Source of the DNA: Thermodesulfobacteriota bacterium
Lineage (GTDB): Bacteria; Desulfobacterota; Desulfobacteria; Desulfobacterales; Desulfobacteraceae
NCBI GenBank assembly: GCA_034659375.1
Contig: JAYEHB010000385.1
Location: forward strand, 1 to 41,080
Length of the DNA stretch: 41,080 nucleotides
Reading direction: 5' to 3'
Shown in pieces: positions 35,639 through 41,080 of the stretch (positions are counted from its first letter, which is position 1; each line of letters begins with the position of its first letter). Made by a program: the position numbers and the translations under genes. The notes beneath the pieces were generated by a model that saw nothing but the letters and a program-made list of their open reading frames with translations, did no database searches and had not been told where the DNA came from.

Positions 35639-36709
35639 ATGGGTCATTCAATAGTGGCGTTTGTTATTGTTCTGGGTGTTTTGATATTTTTTCATGAACT
35701 TGGACATTTTCTTGTGGCAAGGTTTTTTGGAGTGGGTGTTGAGACCTTTTCCTTAGGCTTTGGGCCAAAAGTATATAAAATTAAAAAAGGTTTTACAGAG
35801 TATTGTCTCTCTATTATCCCCCTTGGCGGGTATGTGAAAATGGTTGGCGAGGAGCCTGGGGTTGAGATAAAAGAGGAGGATGTTCCAATATCCTTTGACC
35901 ATAAAAAACTCTACCAGAAAATGCTCATTGTTGCAGCAGGCCCTGTCTTTAATTTTTTGCTGGCAATTTTGATTTTTTATGCACTGTTTCAGTTTTCAGG
36001 ACTCTATCTGATAAAGCCTGTGGTGGGTGAAGTTACTGAAAATACACCGGCTTTTGCAGCGGGTATTGAAAAGGGTGATGAGATAAAAGGCATTTTTGGG
36101 GAAAAAATCGACTCCTGGGATGACATGGTTGATCTCATCGGTGCAAGTAACGGCATGGCCGTTGAAATTCTAATTCAGCGCAAAGGGAGCATCTTTCCCG
36201 TCACCCTGGTGCCTGAAGTAAAAAAAACAAAAAATATATTTGGTGAAGATGTTGAGAGATATATGATCGGTATCTCAGCTTCAGGAGAGGTGTTTCACAA
36301 ATCCCTTAACCCTTTTCAGGCAATGTTTGCAGCTTTTGAAAAAACATGGGATATAATTGAATTAACAGTTCTCTCTGTTGTGAAAATGATAAATGGAACT
36401 GTCTCTTCAGATAATATGGGCGGTCCCATAATGATAGCTCAGATGGCAGGAGAGCAGGCAAAGGCAGGCATGGCAAATTTTGCCTTTTTCATTGCAATGC
36501 TCAGTATCAACCTTGGAATTATCAATCTTTTCCCTGTTCCTGTGCTGGATGGCGGTCATCTTTTTTTCTTTGGAATTGAGGCTGTCAGAGGAAAAGCGGC
36601 AAGTGAAAACATTCGTGAAAAGGCAAATCAGTTTGGAATGGCACTTCTGGTTGCTCTGATGGTTTTTGTTTTTTATAATGATATAATCAGGATGGTTAAT
36701 GGTGGATAA
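35639..36709 (+). CDS. rseP: RIP zinc metalloprotease RseP (site-2 protease, PDZ domain)
   Basis: HELGHFLVAR zinc motif, a central PDZ-like segment, and the C-terminal NLFPVPVLDGGH. Confidence 0.9.
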   Translation: MGHSIVAFVIVLGVLIFFHELGHFLVARFFGVGVETFSLGFGPKVYKIKKGFTEYCLSIIPLGGYVKMVGEEPGVEIKEEDVPISFDHKKLYQKMLIVAAGPVFNFLLAILIFYALFQFSGLYLIKPVVGEVTENTPAFAAGIEKGDEIKGIFGEKIDSWDDMVDLIGASNGMAVEILIQRKGSIFPVTLVPEVKKTKNIFGEDVERYMIGISASGEVFHKSLNPFQAMFAAFEKTWDIIELTVLSVVKMINGTVSSDNMGGPIMIAQMAGEQAKAGMANFAFFIAMLSINLGIINLFPVPVLDGGHLFFFGIEAVRGKAASENIREKANQFGMALLVALMVFVFYNDIIRMVNGG

Positions 36710-39700
36710 TATGATCTCATGTATAGAGGTTGCTTTAAAACCTGAGCTTGTTGATGCAGAAGCAGAGAGTCTTAAAAAAAAGGCTTTGGATTACTTTAAT
36801 ATCAATATTTCAGATGTACGCAGTGTAAACCTGGTAACCCTGGAGGCGGATCTTGACAGGGATCAGCTTGATCTTATAAAGAACGAGATTTTAACCAATC
36901 CTGTGATTCATTATTCTTCTTTAATTCCCCTTGATATTAAGTTTGACTGGTGCATCTGGATTGGCCTGCGTCCGGGCGTGAGGGATAATCCTGCAAGCAC
37001 GGCTGTTGAGGCTGTGGAAGATATCCTTAACAGAGAGTTTAAGCCGGGTGAGGGAATTTATACCTCAAAAAGGTATTGCCTTGCGGGAGACGGACTTGCC
37101 CTGGAAGATATTGAAAAAATAGCAAAAGAGCTTCTGGCAAATCCTATTATCCAGCAGTGGAAGGTTTTTTCAAAAAAAGAGTGGGACAGCAAAAAAGGTG
37201 CCGGTTCAACACCTGCAAAGGTGCTTTTGGACCATGAACCAGAGTTTAAAATTATTAATATTGATTCTGACAAAGAGCTTCAAAGAATCAGTGACAAGAG
37301 AAATCTTGCATTAAATCCCAGTGATATTCCTGTGATTCGTCAATATTTCCTGGATGAAAAAGTACAACAATCAAGAAAAGAGATGGGGCTTAATGAACCC
37401 ACGGATGTGGAGATTGAGTATATATCCCAGGCACGCAGTGATCATTGCAACCACAATACCTTCAGAGGTCTGTTTAGGTATCAGGATGTTGAAACAGGCG
37501 AAAAAAGTGTGGAAAAAAGTCTTTTTAAAACATTTATTGAGGAGCCGACCCTAAGGCTTAAAGAGAAAAAAGAGTGGGTGGTTTCTGTGCTGTGGGATAA
37601 TGCAGGTGTTGGGAAATTTGATGAAAACAACAACTATGTAATAACAGGAGAGACCCATAACTCTCCATCCAACATGGAGGCCTATGGCGGTGCAATCACA
37701 GGCATCGTGGGAGTTTACCGTGATCCCATGGGAACCGGCATGGGTTCAAGGCTTATCATGGGAAGTTATGGTTTTTGTGTTGGTGATATTGACTATAAGG
37801 GACCGTTAAAACCTCCCCTTCATCCAAGACGACTGCTTGACGGGGTCATCGAGGGGGTCAAGGATGGAGGAAACAAGAGCGGTGTTCCAACAACATTTGG
37901 ACAGACTCTTTTTAATTCAGGTTACATGGGAAAAAGCCTTGTATTTGTCACAGCCCTTGGAATCATGCCGGCAAAGGTGCCGGGTGAACCAGACCCTGCT
38001 CAAAAAAGAATTTCTGGAGATGAACAAAGGGCAGCTGTCTGCGGAGAGATTCCTGAAAAACCAAGCCATACAAAAGAGACATCTAAAGGGGAATTCATTG
38101 TCATGAGCGGAGGCAGGGTTGGCAAGGATGGAATCCACGGAGTTACAGTCTCCTCGGAAAGTTATTCTGAAAATACACCGGCAGGCCATGTTCAGATAGG
38201 AGATCCCTATACCCAGAAAAAGATGCACGATTTTCTACTCATTGCCAGGGATAAAGGGCTTTTCCAGTTTATCACAGATAATGGCGGCGGCGGGTTGTCC
38301 TCCTCTGTTGGTGAATCTGCCATGATAAGCAACGGCTGCGAAGTGTGGCTTGACAAAGTGCCCCTTAAGTATGAAGGTCTTGACATGTGGGAGATATGGA
38401 TATCTGAATCCCAGGAGCGCATGACCATCTCTGTAAAACCTGAAAATATTGAAAGATTCATGGAACTTTCAGAGGAACATGCTGTTGAGAGTACTGTTAT
38501 TGGCAGATATACAGATACAGGCAAGCTCCATATCAAGTATAATGACAAAACATGTGCCTATATTGATATGGATCTTCTGGAAAAAGGCTTTCCAGGATGG
38601 GAGTTTGATGCTCAATGGCTTTCACCGGAATTAAGAGGTTTGACAGAGCCTGTCCTGGGCAGCCCCAATGACTTTGAAACACTTTTATGTGATATGCTCT
38701 CAAGGCCGAATATATGTTCAAAAGAGTGGATAACAAGGCAGTATGACCATGAGGTCCAGGGGGGAAGTGTGATAAAACCCCTTGGGGGAGTAAAAAACAA
38801 TATACAGTCAGATGCCTCTGTGATAAGGCCCCTGCTTAAATCCGGCAAAGGTCTTGCTTTTTCCCAGGCTCTCTTACCATGGTATTCAAAGATTGATTCA
38901 TTTCATATGATGACATGCACCATTGATGAAGCTGTAAGACGTTTGATAGCAGTTGGAGGAACATTGGACCATATTGGCGGGGTTGATAATTTCTGCTGGC
39001 CTGATATTGCTTTTCACCCTGAAAAGAACCCGGACGGTAAATTCAAGGCAGCCCAGCTTGTAAGGGCATGCAGAGCATTGAAACAGGCATGCCTTGCCTA
39101 TGAGATTCCCCTTCTTTCGGGTAAGGATTCCATGTATGTTGACGGGCATCTTACAGGGAAATATGGTCAACGTGTAAAGGTTTCAGCCCTTGAGACTGTG
39201 CAGTTCTCTGCAACTTCAGTGATTGAGGATGTGACAAAATGCATTACAATGGAGCCAAAAACCAGTGGGGATCTTGTTTATATTCTTGGTGTTACAAAAA
39301 ATGAGCTTGGTGCATCAGAGTATTACGAACTTCTTGGAAAAACAGGTCTTAATGTTGCCAAAGTAAATTTTGAAAAATTCAAAGTTGTATATAAGGCCCT
39401 TGAAAAGGCAATTGATCAGGAGATAGTCGCTTCTGCCCATGCAGTATCAAGGGGCGGGCTTGGCGTTCATATTGCCATGTCTGCCATGGCCGGAGGGTTA
39501 GGTATTGATTTTGATCTCTCCAAAGTACCGGCAGATGATATTAGAGGAAAACTTGATAATGCAAAAATTCTTTTTTCTGAATCACAGGGAAGATTTATTG
39601 TTACCATTGCACCGGAAAACAGAAGCGTTTTTGAAAAGTTGTTCAAAGGAATGGCATGCTCTTTTGCAGGAAAGGTAACAGATTCACATTTTAATATGAT

Positions 39701-39791
39701 GATAAAAGGGCTTGATGGGGATATGATTACAGAAATGTCCGTTGACATGCTTGAAAAGGCCTTTACAGAGCCTCTGGGGGATATGATATGA
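36699..39791 (+). CDS. purL: Phosphoribosylformylglycinamidine synthase, PurL (FGAM synthase II) with N-terminal PurS-like domain(s) fused
   Basis: The first roughly 170 aa look like two PurS-type modules (IEVALKPELVDAEAESL.., IWIGLRPGVRDNPAST..). These are followed by AIR-synthase-type PurL domains (SDHCNHNTF, ETHNSPS, GGGGLSSSVGE). ATG 36711 is an alternative start. Confidence 0.85.
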   Translation: MVDNMISCIEVALKPELVDAEAESLKKKALDYFNINISDVRSVNLVTLEADLDRDQLDLIKNEILTNPVIHYSSLIPLDIKFDWCIWIGLRPGVRDNPASTAVEAVEDILNREFKPGEGIYTSKRYCLAGDGLALEDIEKIAKELLANPIIQQWKVFSKKEWDSKKGAGSTPAKVLLDHEPEFKIINIDSDKELQRISDKRNLALNPSDIPVIRQYFLDEKVQQSRKEMGLNEPTDVEIEYISQARSDHCNHNTFRGLFRYQDVETGEKSVEKSLFKTFIEEPTLRLKEKKEWVVSVLWDNAGVGKFDENNNYVITGETHNSPSNMEAYGGAITGIVGVYRDPMGTGMGSRLIMGSYGFCVGDIDYKGPLKPPLHPRRLLDGVIEGVKDGGNKSGVPTTFGQTLFNSGYMGKSLVFVTALGIMPAKVPGEPDPAQKRISGDEQRAAVCGEIPEKPSHTKETSKGEFIVMSGGRVGKDGIHGVTVSSESYSENTPAGHVQIGDPYTQKKMHDFLLIARDKGLFQFITDNGGGGLSSSVGESAMISNGCEVWLDKVPLKYEGLDMWEIWISESQERMTISVKPENIERFMELSEEHAVESTVIGRYTDTGKLHIKYNDKTCAYIDMDLLEKGFPGWEFDAQWLSPELRGLTEPVLGSPNDFETLLCDMLSRPNICSKEWITRQYDHEVQGGSVIKPLGGVKNNIQSDASVIRPLLKSGKGLAFSQALLPWYSKIDSFHMMTCTIDEAVRRLIAVGGTLDHIGGVDNFCWPDIAFHPEKNPDGKFKAAQLVRACRALKQACLAYEIPLLSGKDSMYVDGHLTGKYGQRVKVSALETVQFSATSVIEDVTKCITMEPKTSGDLVYILGVTKNELGASEYYELLGKTGLNVAKVNFEKFKVVYKALEKAIDQEIVASAHAVSRGGLGVHIAMSAMAGGLGIDFDLSKVPADDIRGKLDNAKILFSESQGRFIVTIAPENRSVFEKLFKGMACSFAGKVTDSHFNMMIKGLDGDMITEMSVDMLEKAFTEPLGDMI

Positions 39792-39931
39792 AAAAAGTGA
39801 GGGTACTGGTTTTAACAGGATTTAACGATCTCGTTCCCAAGCTCCAGCTTGGGAACAAGCGGGTACTGGCTGAAATAAATGGAGTTTCATTTTTCGTTAT
39901 GGCAGAACATTCTGCCATGGGGGTTATATGA
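39788..39931 (+). other. 47-codon relay mini-ORF filling a 140-bp insertion between purL and purQ (ATGA overlaps at both ends). Its first 12 codons duplicate the purQ N-terminus.
   Basis: ATG 39788 overlaps the purL TGA (39789-39791). The frame is open to TGA 39929-39931, which overlaps the purQ ATG 39928. ATATGAAA lies at 39786-39793 and 39926-39933. Peptide: MKKVRVLVLTGFNDLVPKLQLGNKRVLAEINGVSFFVMAEHSAMGVI. Confidence 0.45.
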
Positions 39932-40749
39932 AAAGGGTCAAAGCACTGGTTCTTACAGGATTTGGATTAAATTGTGATATTGAGACAGCTTTTGCATTTG
40001 AACTTGCAGGGGCTGAGGCAAAAAGGGTTCATATTAATTCCCTGATTAATGGTAAAGAAGATCTTGATGATTTTCAAATTCTTGCCTTTGGCGGAGGCTT
40101 TTCCTGGGGTGATGACCATGGCGCAGGAGTTGTTCAGGCCCTTAAGCTGAAAAAACATATTGGTGCAAAGCTTCTCTCTTTTATTGAAAAGGGCAGACTT
40201 GTCATGGGAATCTGCAATGGTTTCCAGACCCTGGTTAACCTTGGTCTGCTTCCTGGTTTAAACAATGATTACAGAGCCAGAACTGTTGCTCTTACATGGA
40301 ACGATTGTGGTAATTTCAGAGACCAGTGGGTGCATCTTAGATCAAATCAGCAAAGTCCCTGCGTTTTTACAAAGGATATGGAGGTTATTGATCTGCCTGT
40401 TCGTCATGGTGAGGGTAAGTTTGTTGCAGAGCCTGAAATAATTGATCAGCTTATGGCAAACAATCAGGTGGTATTAAGGTATGCTGATAAAGACGGTTCT
40501 TCTGCTGAAAAGAGTTTTCCCCTGAATCCCAATGGCTCAATTTATGACATAGCAGGTATCTGCGATCCCACAGGGCGAATTTTCGGACTCATGCCCCATC
40601 CCGAAGCATTTAACCATTTTACAAATCACCCTGACTGGACAAGGAAAAAACAGCAGCTTAAAAGCCAGGGTAAAGAGATGGATACCGGCATTACCAGTGG
40701 TATTAAAATGTTTAAAAACGGTGTGGATTATATGGCTTCCATGCTTTAA
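39928..40749 (+). CDS. purQ: Phosphoribosylformylglycinamidine synthase I (glutamine amidotransferase subunit)
   Basis: LVLTGFGLNCD, nucleophile GICNGFQ, and MPHPE. Confidence 0.9.
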   Translation: MKRVKALVLTGFGLNCDIETAFAFELAGAEAKRVHINSLINGKEDLDDFQILAFGGGFSWGDDHGAGVVQALKLKKHIGAKLLSFIEKGRLVMGICNGFQTLVNLGLLPGLNNDYRARTVALTWNDCGNFRDQWVHLRSNQQSPCVFTKDMEVIDLPVRHGEGKFVAEPEIIDQLMANNQVVLRYADKDGSSAEKSFPLNPNGSIYDIAGICDPTGRIFGLMPHPEAFNHFTNHPDWTRKKQQLKSQGKEMDTGITSGIKMFKNGVDYMASML

Positions 40750-40769
40750 TAATGAGTCTGTCTTTGACA

Positions 40770-41080
40770 TCAAAGCGTGGATTCCCTCAATGTGCTGAAA
40801 AAAAATTTTATTTCTTCTTTGCCAAGCACAGTAGGTAACATTGGTTTTTTCTTGGAACGTATGGGCATGATTTTTTCTTCCAAAGGGAGATCAAGCACCT
40901 CACGGTAAAGAAAAACAATGGCATTCAAGGCCTGGCGCTGGGTGGATGCGGATACCTCTCCCTTAACCACCAGATCTGACAGAAAACGCTCCACATGGTG
41001 AGCCACAAGGTCCCGGGGATGGATTTTACCAACGAAAAATAGGATGTACCTCAATATCCATTGACAATAGGTCTGCTCAG
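40770..41080 (-). pseudogene. Truncated tyrosine recombinase: integron-integrase-like N-terminal (SAM-like) domain only. 5' end lies outside the window.
   Basis: The frame is open to the window edge. EQTYCQWILRYILFFVGKIHPRDLVAHHVERFLSDLVVKGEVSASTQRQALNAIVFLYREVL..PMLPTVLGKEEI parallels IntI1 (EQAYVHWVRAFIRFHG..VSVSTHRQALAALLFFY..RLPVVLTPDEV). It stops at 40770, 20 nt from purQ, and no catalytic R..HxxR..Y domain follows. Confidence 0.6.

Noticed and set aside
1-41080. Search for defence systems, toxin-antitoxin pairs, prophage or secretion genes, retrons/DGRs, or rRNA, tmRNA, RNase P and SRP genes
   Set aside because: None of the ORFs of 60 aa or more outside the annotated housekeeping genes has a recognisable motif for these. 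No spacer showed their conserved RNA signatures by eye. Absence cannot be proven without covariance-model searches.

Overview
This 41-kb window reads as a core-genome segment. It looks like an AT-leaning anaerobe of Desulfobacterota / Desulfobacterales type. That taxonomic guess is an inference from gene content only: a Sec-containing NuoG-type formate dehydrogenase, an RnfB-GltD fusion, a PurS-PurL fusion, a family II pyrophosphatase, CarD, and DUF1844-ispE.

Almost all coding capacity is housekeeping. The genes, in order, are: DUF1844-ispE, tRNA-Gln, prs, rplY(ctc)-pth, carD, rluD, fdhA (selenocysteine), an RnfB/GltD-like oxidoreductase, ppaC, rnj-ftsK, two SAM methyltransferases plus a GT4 glycosyltransferase, tRNA-Arg, folC, rpsU, adk, coaE, rho, rpmE, prfA-prmC, the conserved rpsB-tsf-pyrH-frr-uppS-cdsA-dxr-rseP block, and purL-purQ.

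I found no CRISPR array, defence island, toxin-antitoxin pair, prophage or intact mobile element. Two decayed genes are present: a histidine-kinase/receiver remnant (about 11.48-11.87 kb) and a truncated integron-type integrase fragment at the right edge.

The unusual content is non-coding. Nearly every longer intergenic spacer is filled by a modular (mosaic) family of hairpin-forming interspersed repeats.
- Several genes end inside these repeats.
- One roughly 100-bp module occurs five times, always in the same orientation.
- At two translationally coupled gene junctions (cdsA/dxr and purL/purQ), a related 131-140 bp element sits between 8-bp ATATGAAA direct repeats. Each element is an open mini-ORF with ATGA overlaps at both ends.
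- A 7-nt tandem array overlaps the dxr stop codon.

All functional calls come from reading the translated ORFs and motifs by eye. No database search was run.
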